64,000 nucleotides of DNA, taken from Nitrospirales bacterium. GTDB taxonomy: Bacteria > Nitrospirota > Nitrospiria > Nitrospirales > UBA8639. The position numbers and the translations under genes were made by a program. This document shows, in pieces, positions 10,890 to 19,596 of the stretch. Location: NCBI GenBank assembly GCA_963422365.1, contig OY729426.1, forward strand, positions 1,563,380-1,627,379, read 5' to 3'. The notes beneath the pieces were generated by a model, which ran no database searches, was not told where the DNA came from, and worked only from the letters and a program-made list of their open reading frames with translations. Within the stretch, counting starts at the first letter, position 1; each line of letters opens with the position of its first letter.

Positions 10890-11963
10890 ATGATGAAACG
10901 ACTCCGGAGGTGGGCCAATGTGTTTTCGCAACCGCAAACCTGTGTCGGGTTAGACATTGGCTCTTCCACGATCAAGATTATTCAGCTTGAGCAACGTGCC
11001 GCCCGGTATCGTCTTAAACGATTTGGATTACGCAGCCTCGAATCAGGTGTCGTGGAAGAGGCCGCGAGCCACAACTCTCATCGGCTTAAAGCCGCACTCA
11101 TTGATCTGATTCAAGAACTGGAATTGCTCGGCAGCCCCGTTGCGATCTCTTTATCCGGACCATCGGTGATGGTCAAGCGGATACACGTATCTGGCGTCGA
11201 GCAAGATGCTCTTGATGAATATTTAACATGGGAAGGCCAGCAATACATTCCCTATGCGATGAGTGATATTTATTTTGATTATTGGATTCTTCCTCCCCCT
11301 CACCATCGACCAGCCTCTACGGATATGGATGTGCTGCTTGTAGCTGCCAAGCAACAGGCGGTTGAAAGCCGGAAAACATTGTTGGAAGAGATTGGCGTGC
11401 ATCCGATTGTGTGTGATGTCGATGGTCTTGCGTTGCTGAAGACAATTATGTGGAAAAGTCCAACCTTCCGTGGACGGTCATTCGGCATTGCAAATGTGGG
11501 AGCAAGCGGAATGAATATTGTATGTGTGGCTAATGAGTATCCCCTCGTGGTCCGAGACGTCAGCTTTGAGGGAACTCCCTCGAGCCGAGCATCTGACGAT
11601 GCACTAGAGGGCGCGGTCGAAGACGCCGCTGCTCATGGTTTCCTTCAGGGTGAAATCGGTTACGCGGACCAGCCATGGTTGGTGGCGGAAGTCGTAAGGG
11701 AAATCAAACGCTGTTTCGAGTCTATCTTGGAACGCCATCCAGAACTCAGCGTAGAAAAAATGTTCCTGTGTGGAGGACAATCGAAAAACCCACGATTGCA
11801 AAGTGAATTGCAAAAGGCTTTGGCCATTCCCACTCTAGTATTCAATCCTTTTGACGCAAGCGAATATCTGACCGATCACCAAGAAAGGGACCATCTGTCG
11901 GCTTTAGCCCATCTTGGAGGGGTGGCTATGGGTTTAGCCCTTCATAAGGACAACCATGGTTAG
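10890..11963 (+). CDS. pilM: Type IV pilus assembly protein PilM (actin-like ATPase fold)
   Basis: VGLDIGSSTIKIIQLE... motif, 357 aa, followed by pilN/O/P. An alternative GTG start at 10920 follows a GGAGG. Confidence 0.85.
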   Translation: MMKRLRRWANVFSQPQTCVGLDIGSSTIKIIQLEQRAARYRLKRFGLRSLESGVVEEAASHNSHRLKAALIDLIQELELLGSPVAISLSGPSVMVKRIHVSGVEQDALDEYLTWEGQQYIPYAMSDIYFDYWILPPPHHRPASTDMDVLLVAAKQQAVESRKTLLEEIGVHPIVCDVDGLALLKTIMWKSPTFRGRSFGIANVGASGMNIVCVANEYPLVVRDVSFEGTPSSRASDDALEGAVEDAAAHGFLQGEIGYADQPWLVAEVVREIKRCFESILERHPELSVEKMFLCGGQSKNPRLQSELQKALAIPTLVFNPFDASEYLTDHQERDHLSALAHLGGVAMGLALHKDNHG

Positions 11964-12528
11964 CATTAATCTACTGAAAGGCCAACAACCCTATGAGTGC
12001 CAAGTACGCCGCCGCTCCAAGTCAGAGCTGTTCGTAGGGGTCGTTGTCTTGGCAGGTGTCTGTGCGTTTTGGGGATGGATGGTCGTCGATGGGAATCACG
12101 CCGTGCAACGGCTTGAACAAGAAATACAAGAAAAACAGGCACGTGTGGCGTTGCTGCAAAAAACCCATCACCAGGTTCTGGCACTGGAGGAACGACGACA
12201 AACCATTTTCACTGAACACGACAATCTCAAGGCATTGACACATGAGCTGACTAGACCCATTCGCCTGTTGTCAATAGTCAGCCAAGTGGTTGACCCTTTG
12301 GATGTGTGGTTGCTGCATCTTCAGGCAAAAGATGACAAGATCATATTGTCCGGTTTTGCTCGTTCCCTCAAAGAGATTTTGACACTTGCGAAGGATTTCG
12401 AAAAGACCGATATGCTTGGACCAGTCAATGTTTTTGAGACTCAGGCCCACGTGGGCCAGTCTGACCTCTTTCAATTTTCGATGAATATATTCATGGACTC
12501 AACGGATGATGGTCGAAAGAATTCTTGA
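11956..12528 (+). CDS. pilN: Type IV pilus assembly protein PilN
   Basis: INLL motif at the N-terminus, a single TM helix and a coiled coil. Overlaps the pilM stop. Confidence 0.75.
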   Translation: MVSINLLKGQQPYECQVRRRSKSELFVGVVVLAGVCAFWGWMVVDGNHAVQRLEQEIQEKQARVALLQKTHHQVLALEERRQTIFTEHDNLKALTHELTRPIRLLSIVSQVVDPLDVWLLHLQAKDDKIILSGFARSLKEILTLAKDFEKTDMLGPVNVFETQAHVGQSDLFQFSMNIFMDSTDDGRKNS

Positions 12529-13129
12529 TTGGGTGGAAGATACGCGTATGACCCAAAAGGTCATCGTCCTGCTTCTCTCGGTAGGGTTAACGTCGATCAT
12601 CTTGTTTCAATTCGTTGTTGAACCGCAGCAGCAACATGTCCAGGGCTTTCAGCAAACCCTCCGATCACTAGACCATCAACTTGCAACGATTGAGCAGAGC
12701 CATCAATTAGAGCCGCTCAAAGATGAAATCGCCAGACTGACTCCCCAACTCGAAGCGCAAAAAAAAGTATTGAGGCTTAAGGTGCCCGTGGAACAAATGC
12801 TTACAGACGTCTTAGACAAAGCGCAATCGGTTGGCGTGGTGCTCACGTCCTGGAAGTCAGAAGAGCCTGTTCCAATTCCGGAAACGGATTTGAATCGAGT
12901 CACGCTTCGGCTCTATACAGAGGGGCGATACCATGCTCTCGCGCACTTTCTTGAAGAACTTCAAACGCTTCCGAACACGTTGATGTTGAGGTCAATGGAT
13001 TTGCAAGCCCAGGAACGAAGCGATGAGAGCCCTGAGCGACACATTCAAGCCTCCTTTGAACTGATAGGATTCCAGGCGATTGAGTTTGGAACAAAGGGGC
13101 AGCGCGTTCCTGAGAAGAGGGCAAGTTAA
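12506..13129 (+). CDS. pilO: Type IV pilus assembly protein PilO
   Basis: N-terminal TM, coiled coil and a ferredoxin-like C-terminal part. The call is mainly positional (pilM-N-O-P). Confidence 0.65.
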   Translation: MMVERILDWVEDTRMTQKVIVLLLSVGLTSIILFQFVVEPQQQHVQGFQQTLRSLDHQLATIEQSHQLEPLKDEIARLTPQLEAQKKVLRLKVPVEQMLTDVLDKAQSVGVVLTSWKSEEPVPIPETDLNRVTLRLYTEGRYHALAHFLEELQTLPNTLMLRSMDLQAQERSDESPERHIQASFELIGFQAIEFGTKGQRVPEKRAS

Positions 13130-13148
13130 AGGAAAGATTCAGTCAGCC

Positions 13149-13664
13149 ATGATGCGTAGTGTTGCAGCGCTCGTCTCCGTGTTTTTCTTTTTGTTCTGTG
13201 GGAGTGCGCGATGGTTCTTTTCGACTCAAGTCCATGCAGGACCAGGTGAGCCGACGAAGGATCTGTTGTTCACGAATGCTCGCTTGAACGAGACCTCTCG
13301 CACATTTCGGTATCGTTCGGATCACGATCGTGATCCTTTTTTACCGAAGTCGGTTTTCCAGAACAATGCCGGTTCTTCGTTGCAGAGGCAAGACATGAGC
13401 CACCAACCCGTGAAGGTGGTTGGAATCATGTCCTCCGCTCAAGGCCATTGGGCTGTTTTGGACTTTGAGGACGGGGAGCGACTCATTGTCAGGGTGGGGC
13501 AGGTTCTTTCCGCGTATTCCCAAGTCGTGAAACGTATCACGGATGAAGGGGTGATTCTTTCGGCTGTAGAAGGAAAGGCCCGTGTACGGTCTCAACCGGA
13601 GAGGACGTATTTGTTGTACGAAGAACGGGATTTTTTTGAACCGTATTCCAGAGAGAATTCCTGA
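13149..13664 (+). CDS. pilP: PilP-like pilus assembly protein
   Basis: Signal/anchor sequence (MMRSVAALVSVFFFLFCG) and a C-terminal beta domain (VKVVGIMSSAQGHWAVLDFEDGERLIVRVGQVL) typical of PilP. Position after pilO. Confidence 0.5.
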   Translation: MMRSVAALVSVFFFLFCGSARWFFSTQVHAGPGEPTKDLLFTNARLNETSRTFRYRSDHDRDPFLPKSVFQNNAGSSLQRQDMSHQPVKVVGIMSSAQGHWAVLDFEDGERLIVRVGQVLSAYSQVVKRITDEGVILSAVEGKARVRSQPERTYLLYEERDFFEPYSRENS

Positions 13665-13796
13665 CCCTCGGAGCCCTGACAGATGAATGACGGTGGAGAG
13701 GGAAAGAAGGAAGGTGGCGAGCTTTGCGCGTAGCGTTGAGAGGTGACGGTCAGGGATAAAGGCCGATTGGGTGTGTGGTTTGACTGAAGGTGCAAG

Positions 13797-14957
13797 ATGT
13801 TACGTTATTTAAATGCGGGTGAATCCCATGGAAAGGGGCTGATGGCGGTGTTGGAAGGTGTCCCTGCCGGGCTTCCTCTCACTGCAGAAATGATCAATCA
13901 AGATTTAGCGAGAAGGCAGGGCGGGTATGGCCGTGGGGGGCGGATGCGAATTGAAAAGGATCAGATTGAATTTTACTGTGGAATCCGCAAAGGACAAACG
14001 TTAGGGAATCCATTAGGATTATTGGTTCGTAATCGGGATTGGGAAAATTGGCAAGAGATTATGGCGGCTGAACCAGGCTCCCCATCAACGGAACGAGTGG
14101 TGACTCGTCCACGACCTGGTCACGCCGATCTCGTGGGAGCGATTAAATATGGACATCAGGACATTCGCAACGTTCTTGAAAAAGCGAGTGCGAGAGAAAC
14201 GGCCATCCGGGTGGCCCTCGGTGGCGTGGCCAAGGCGTTATTATCGGAATTTGATATGCGGGTGGTGAGTTATACGACCCGCATTGGATCAGTGGCGGTC
14301 CCGTCGCTCGATGATCCCTTGGCGGCCTATGAACGTGCGGAGCAGTCTCAAGTTCGGTGTCCTGATCCAGAAGCAAATGAAAAGATGATCGAGCAAATCC
14401 GATTGGCGAAACATAATGGTGACTCATTGGGTGGAGTCTTCGAGGTGGTGGTAACCAACCCTCCCATTGGGTTGGGAAGTTACGTGCAGTGGGATCGACG
14501 CTTGAGCGCACGGTTGGCCATGGCGGCTCTGAGTATCCAAGCCATGAAAGGTGTGGAAATTGGCATGGGGTTTGAATCTGCTTGTCGATTTGGGTCTGAA
14601 GTGCATGACGATATTTACCCTAGTGAGTCCAACCCGGGATTTGCACGAAAGACCAATCATGCCGGTGGGTTAGAAGGCGGCATGACGAATGGGCAACCCG
14701 TTGTCTTGCGGGTCGCCATGAAACCGATTGCCACCCTGTATCAACCAAAGAACAGTGTGGATATTCAAACGAAAGAACCATTTGAAGCCACGGTGGAACG
14801 TTCTGATATCTGTACGGTTCCTGCCGCTGGCGTGGTCGGGGAAGCCGTCATTGCCTATGAAATGGCCAATGCTATGTTAGAAAAGTTCAGCGGCGATAGC
14901 TTGGAGGAAATGAAACGAAATTTCGACACCTACCAAGAATATGTAAAGAATTTCTGA
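13797..14957 (+). CDS. aroC: Chorismate synthase
   Basis: LRYLNAGESHGKGL...RRQGGYGRGGRM...RPGHADL, the hallmark AroC motifs. Confidence 0.95.
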   Translation: MLRYLNAGESHGKGLMAVLEGVPAGLPLTAEMINQDLARRQGGYGRGGRMRIEKDQIEFYCGIRKGQTLGNPLGLLVRNRDWENWQEIMAAEPGSPSTERVVTRPRPGHADLVGAIKYGHQDIRNVLEKASARETAIRVALGGVAKALLSEFDMRVVSYTTRIGSVAVPSLDDPLAAYERAEQSQVRCPDPEANEKMIEQIRLAKHNGDSLGGVFEVVVTNPPIGLGSYVQWDRRLSARLAMAALSIQAMKGVEIGMGFESACRFGSEVHDDIYPSESNPGFARKTNHAGGLEGGMTNGQPVVLRVAMKPIATLYQPKNSVDIQTKEPFEATVERSDICTVPAAGVVGEAVIAYEMANAMLEKFSGDSLEEMKRNFDTYQEYVKNF

Positions 14958-15033
14958 GTTGTCGTGACCTGGTTTCACAATCCCTTTTCTCAATGACGAT
15001 GAACCAATTGAATGGCTCAACTCGAACAGCTGC

Positions 15034-16158
15034 GTGCAGGGGCTCAGCATGAGTCGCTCTAATAAACGGCAAACAGTCAAAGTTGGTCTCGGGACGCGAA
15101 GCTACGATATCGTGATCGGGCCTGGCAGCCTTCACCAGATGGGGCAGTATTTACAATCGTTAGGACTTTCCGGAAAAGTCGGAGTCGTGACCAATCCAAC
15201 GTTGGCGCGTTTGTATGGGGTATCGCTCAAAAAGGCGATCGTGAAAGCGGGGTTCACCTACCAGCTGATAAGTATTCCAGAGGGTGAGCGAACCAAAACG
15301 CTTCTGTGGGCCTCGTCCATCGTCGATGAGTTGGTCAAGCATCGATTTGAACGTCGGTCCGCACTCGTGGCGTTGGGTGGAGGGGTGATTGGGGATGTCA
15401 CTGGTTTTGCCGCGTCAATGTATCTTCGGGGTATCCCATTTGTTCAAGTGCCCACCACGCTTGTGGCACAAGTGGATTCCAGCGTGGGGGGGAAAACCGG
15501 GGTGAACCATCCCTCAGGAAAAAATTTGATCGGCGCGTTTTACCAGCCGGCCCTTGTGGTGTCCGATACGAATACGTTGCAGACCCTCCCCAAGCGAGAA
15601 TGGCTGGCGGGGTTAGCCGAAGTGATTAAATATGGGGTCATTGCCGACAAAATGTTTTTCACCTTTTTAGAGGACAGAATGGAACATATTCTCGACATGA
15701 AGGATGAAGATGTCCAAAAAGTCGTCACGCGTTGTTGTGAGCTTAAAGCGTGGGTGGTAGCCAAAGATGAACGAGAATCCGGTCTGCGTCGGATCTTGAA
15801 TTATGGGCATACTATTGGGCACGCGTTGGAATCCTTGGGTCGGTACCAACAATATATCCATGGCGAGGCCGTGGGAATTGGAATGGTGCATGAAGCCCTC
15901 CTTGCCAATCACTTGAAGTTGTGCTCCAAAGGCGTCGTCGACAGGCAACGTGCATTGATAACGCGAACGGGCCTTCCTGTACGAATGCCGTCCCATAGTT
16001 TTTCGAAATTATGGGGAGCCATACGTCATGATAAGAAGGTGGCACAGGGAATCATCCACTGTGTGCTTCCCCAAGCAATCGGGAAAGTCCGGGTCATGCC
16101 TCTGGATCCACGTACGGTGAAACAGTGGTATCTGCACTGTCATGAGCAGTCCAATTGA
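15034..16158 (+). CDS. aroB: 3-dehydroquinate synthase
   Basis: GGGVIGDVTGFAA, VPTTLVAQVDSSVGGKTGVN, GHTIGHALE. An alternative ATG lies at 15049. Confidence 0.95.
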   Translation: MQGLSMSRSNKRQTVKVGLGTRSYDIVIGPGSLHQMGQYLQSLGLSGKVGVVTNPTLARLYGVSLKKAIVKAGFTYQLISIPEGERTKTLLWASSIVDELVKHRFERRSALVALGGGVIGDVTGFAASMYLRGIPFVQVPTTLVAQVDSSVGGKTGVNHPSGKNLIGAFYQPALVVSDTNTLQTLPKREWLAGLAEVIKYGVIADKMFFTFLEDRMEHILDMKDEDVQKVVTRCCELKAWVVAKDERESGLRRILNYGHTIGHALESLGRYQQYIHGEAVGIGMVHEALLANHLKLCSKGVVDRQRALITRTGLPVRMPSHSFSKLWGAIRHDKKVAQGIIHCVLPQAIGKVRVMPLDPRTVKQWYLHCHEQSN

Positions 16159-16168
16159 CAATTGTAGC

Positions 16169-16198
16169 GCCTATTCCGGGTCACGGCCCGGGATAGGC
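16169..16198 (+). other. GC-rich hairpin just downstream of aroB (no U-tract)
   Basis: gcctattccggg / cccgggataggc arms with one mismatch and a 6-nt loop, starting 11 nt after the aroB stop. Confidence 0.4.
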
Positions 16199-16319
16199 CT
16201 CATGCGGCGGAGCATGCGTCAGGCGACCTGAGCCGTCATTGATGTGTCGCGAGTTGTGGACTGAGAGGCACATTCATCTGTAGGGCCGCATCTCATGCGG
16301 CCAAACAAACATTATTGAA

Positions 16320-17588
16320 ATGACTCCGATAAAGCAATCCCCTAAGCGGCCCAAGCAAGATGTCAAAGCCGTCCTTCGCGAACGAACGCGCGAAGTGGAA
16401 ATTCTGTATCGTATTAGTGAATCGATTAGCAGTACGCTCGATTTGGAATCGGTCCTCAAGCACATCGTAGACGTGGTTGTCGAAGTGACGAAGGCCGATT
16501 CCTGTTTGTTGTATCTTGTCTCCACGAATCGGGATGAACTCGTGTTGCGAGCGTCCAAAAATCCTCATCCTAAGCTCATCGGCCGAACCTCCGTGGGGTT
16601 GGGAGAGGGGATTACGGGTTGGGTGGCACAAGAAAAGGTGACGGTGGTTATTCCTCGTCATGCGAGTGATGACCCACGGTTTAGATTTTTTCATAATTTA
16701 CCTGAGGACCGATACCAAGCGTTTGTGTCACTTCCCGTCGTGACGAAGGGCAACGTCATCGGGGTCATTAATGTACAGCACAAACGGATGAAACGTTATC
16801 AGGGTGGCGAACTTGCGCTGTTATCGACGATCGCGAATCAGGTCGGCGGCGCCATTGAAAATGCCCGATTGTATGAAGAAATGAGGCGGCAAACGTTACA
16901 ACTGGATACCCTGTCTCAGGTTTCGGAAACCGTTGCGTCCAACCGCGTGATTGAGGACGTGCTTCAGTTGATCGTGATGACGACGGCTCAGATGATGGAT
17001 TCGACAATCTGTTCTCTCATGCTCGTTGACGAGGAGAATGAGGGGTTGCGTATTGCGGCGACTCAGAGCCTGAGCGACGCCTATCGTCGGAAGCCCCCGC
17101 TCAAGATTGGCCAGAGCATCAGCGGACGGGCGGTGAAAGAACAACGGCCGATTTATGTTGCCGACGTGAAGAAGGAGAAAGAGTTTTTCTACCAGGATTT
17201 AGCCAAACGGGAGTCGCTGTGCTCGTTATTGTCGGTACCCATGATGATTAAGGAAAAGGTCATTGGCGTGATTAATACCTATACCTCCACAGTGCATGCG
17301 TTTGACGATAAGGAAATCAAGATCATGCAAACCATTGCCAACCAGGCAGCAGTGGCTATCGAGCATACTCGTCTCCTTGAAAAGTCATTTGAAATGCAAG
17401 AAGCCCTAGCCGTCAGAAAACTTGTCGAACGGGCTAAGGGCTATCTCATGCATTCTCGCAAATTATCAGAAGCCGATGCGTTTAGGGTGATTCAGCGTCA
17501 AAGCATGAATATGAGAAAGTCCATGCGGGAAATTGCCGAGGCCATTATTTTGGCTGGAGAATTGGAAGGTGGATCAATGGAGCAGTGA
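16320..17588 (+). CDS. GAF-GAF-ANTAR RNA-binding antitermination regulator
   Basis: Two GAF-like modules (each ...GEGITGWV.../...SISGRAV... ending in VIGVIN). C-terminal ANTAR helix bundle (AVRKLVERAKGYLMHSRKLSEADAFRVIQRQSMNMRKSMREIAEAII). Confidence 0.85.
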   Translation: MTPIKQSPKRPKQDVKAVLRERTREVEILYRISESISSTLDLESVLKHIVDVVVEVTKADSCLLYLVSTNRDELVLRASKNPHPKLIGRTSVGLGEGITGWVAQEKVTVVIPRHASDDPRFRFFHNLPEDRYQAFVSLPVVTKGNVIGVINVQHKRMKRYQGGELALLSTIANQVGGAIENARLYEEMRRQTLQLDTLSQVSETVASNRVIEDVLQLIVMTTAQMMDSTICSLMLVDEENEGLRIAATQSLSDAYRRKPPLKIGQSISGRAVKEQRPIYVADVKKEKEFFYQDLAKRESLCSLLSVPMMIKEKVIGVINTYTSTVHAFDDKEIKIMQTIANQAAVAIEHTRLLEKSFEMQEALAVRKLVERAKGYLMHSRKLSEADAFRVIQRQSMNMRKSMREIAEAIILAGELEGGSMEQ

Positions 17589-17705
17589 AAATCGTTCGTG
17601 TGTTCCGTGGCGCTTGAACTCCCTTGACAGGCCGTCAGGATCGCTGATACAAGCTGAAAATTCTACTGGTGCACGTTTGATCCTTGGAAGGTGTTAGGAC
17701 AAAGG

Positions 17706-17743
17706 CGTCCTCCATTCCCTGACGGGAAGAGGACGTTTTTTTT
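17706..17743 (+). terminator. Rho-independent terminator directly abutting the nadE start region
   Basis: cgtcctc-ca-ttccc-tgac-gggaa-gaggacg gives 12 bp of stem with a 2-nt bulge and a tetraloop. It is followed by T8 (17736..17743). Confidence 0.7.
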
Positions 17744-17761
17744 GTGATGCGAACTTGCCGA

Positions 17762-19522
17762 ATGGCCATGGTTCAGATGAACCCTGTCGTGGGGGACGTG
17801 GATGGGAATGTGCGTGCGATGGGCAAATGGGTCAAACAAGCGCGGCAGGTCGGAGCAGAGATTGTCGTCTTTCCAGAATTAGCGATCACCGGCTATCCTC
17901 CTGAAGATCTGGTCTTACAACCAAGTTTTCTCCACGCCACCAAGCAAGCTCTCCAACAGTTGACTAAGCAGTGTCGTGGCCTCACCGTCGTCGTCGGTTA
18001 TCTTGAAGAGCAGGTGGCACGGGATTCGACTCCTTTCGTCGTCCCTTCAGGACCCCGGCATGTGTTGAATGCAGCGGCGGTGATTCATGACCGGCAAGTC
18101 GTGGCTACCTGCCAGAAAATCTTCTTGCCTAATTATGGAGTGTTTGACGAAAGCCGATATTTTTCACCAGGCAAAAAGGCCTTAGTCTGTCAAGTCCAAG
18201 GGGTGCGGTTTGGCGTGAATATCTGTGAGGACATTTGGTATGCCGATGGGCCCACTCGCGATCAGGTCGCCGTCGGGCGCGCGCAACTCATTCTGAACAT
18301 CAATGCATCTCCCTATCATAGGGGAAAGTCAAAAACGCGGGAGCACATGTTGGCGCAACGTGCCAGAGAGAATGACGTGGTGGTGAGTTACACCAACATG
18401 GTTGGAGGGCAGGACGAAGTCGTATTCGATGGAAACAGTATGATTGTCGATCGAATGGGAAAGGTCATCACCCGTGCCAGGGCGTTTGAAGAAGAGCTGC
18501 TTGTGGCGGATCTGTCTTTCAATGGCCCACGGGAGACGCGCTCCGTGGTTCGAGAGAAACAGGCCAAGCAGCGGTATCCCGTCAAGCGAGTGCAACTTTC
18601 TCCGGTTGGGCAACGGAAACCGAACAAGCCCGTGCCGTTGAAAAATCCAACTTTGCCTTGCCATTTAGAAGAAATCTATCAAGCATTGGTGACAGGCGTG
18701 CGTGACTACGTCAGGAAGAACCATTTCCAGCGAGTGTTGATTGCCATCAGCGGAGGGATTGATTCAGCCCTGACGGCAGTGATTGCCACCGATGCCCTTG
18801 GGCCGGACCAAGTGATGGGGGTGTTCATGTCCTCACCGTTTACCTCACGGGAAAGCCGCGTTGATGCCAAAGCCTTGACGAAGGCGCTGAACATTCGTTT
18901 GTTGACCATTCCGATTACGCGCCTTTGGAAGCAATACTCCCGGACCTTGTCTTCGACTTTCGGAGCATGCGTTCCTGATATCACGGAAGAAAATCTTCAA
19001 GCTCGCATCCGTGGCACCATTGTGATGGCTCTATCCAACAAGTTTGGCCATTTAGTCTTGACGACCGGCAATAAGAGCGAAATGAGCGTCGGCTATGCCA
19101 CCTTGTATGGAGATATGGCTGGTGGCTTTGCCGTGATGAAAGACGTACCCAAAACCCTGGTCTATGGACTGGTGCGTTATCGGAATCTCAAAGCCGTTGA
19201 CGACCATGGTGCAGCGGTGATTCCTCAACGGATGATCGACCGACCGCCTTCGGCTGAGCTCAAGCCCGATCAAACGGATCAAGACACCTTGCCGTCCTAT
19301 GAAGTCCTCGACCCCATCCTGGAGGCCTATGTCGAAGGAGACTCTTCCCTTCAAGAAATTGTCGAAAAAGGATTTTCTCCGCAACTCGTCAAACGCGTGA
19401 TGGCCATGGTGGATCGCAGTGAATATAAACGACGTCAGGCTCCCATCGGGATCAAAATCACACGCAAGGCGCTTGGGAAAGATCGACGCATGCCAATTAC
19501 CAATCGATATGTGAAGCATTGA
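17762..19522 (+). CDS. nadE: Glutamine-dependent NAD+ synthetase
   Basis: N-terminal CN-hydrolase (nitrilase-like) domain with FPELAITGY and NICEDIW. C-terminal NAD synthetase domain with the SGGIDS PP-loop. The frame is open from GTG 17744; ATG 17762 (MAMVQMNP) is preferred. Confidence 0.9.
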   Translation: MAMVQMNPVVGDVDGNVRAMGKWVKQARQVGAEIVVFPELAITGYPPEDLVLQPSFLHATKQALQQLTKQCRGLTVVVGYLEEQVARDSTPFVVPSGPRHVLNAAAVIHDRQVVATCQKIFLPNYGVFDESRYFSPGKKALVCQVQGVRFGVNICEDIWYADGPTRDQVAVGRAQLILNINASPYHRGKSKTREHMLAQRARENDVVVSYTNMVGGQDEVVFDGNSMIVDRMGKVITRARAFEEELLVADLSFNGPRETRSVVREKQAKQRYPVKRVQLSPVGQRKPNKPVPLKNPTLPCHLEEIYQALVTGVRDYVRKNHFQRVLIAISGGIDSALTAVIATDALGPDQVMGVFMSSPFTSRESRVDAKALTKALNIRLLTIPITRLWKQYSRTLSSTFGACVPDITEENLQARIRGTIVMALSNKFGHLVLTTGNKSEMSVGYATLYGDMAGGFAVMKDVPKTLVYGLVRYRNLKAVDDHGAAVIPQRMIDRPPSAELKPDQTDQDTLPSYEVLDPILEAYVEGDSSLQEIVEKGFSPQLVKRVMAMVDRSEYKRRQAPIGIKITRKALGKDRRMPITNRYVKH

Positions 19523-19596
19523 CGAACAATGTCCAAGTCAGCCTACTCACCCATACGAGTGACGGAGGATAAGAAGAACGTCACCGGCGGAGGTTT

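Noticed and set aside
17667-17681. Sigma-54 promoter-like TGGTGCACGTTTGA upstream of nadE
   Set aside because: The GG and GC elements are not at the required GG-N10-GC spacing, and TTTGA replaces TTGC.
17641-17700. First hairpin of a canonical two-hairpin ANTAR target
   Set aside because: I scanned every hexaloop position with A1/G4. The only candidates need three G-U pairs or a 3-bp stem, so only the terminator-proximal hairpin is reported.
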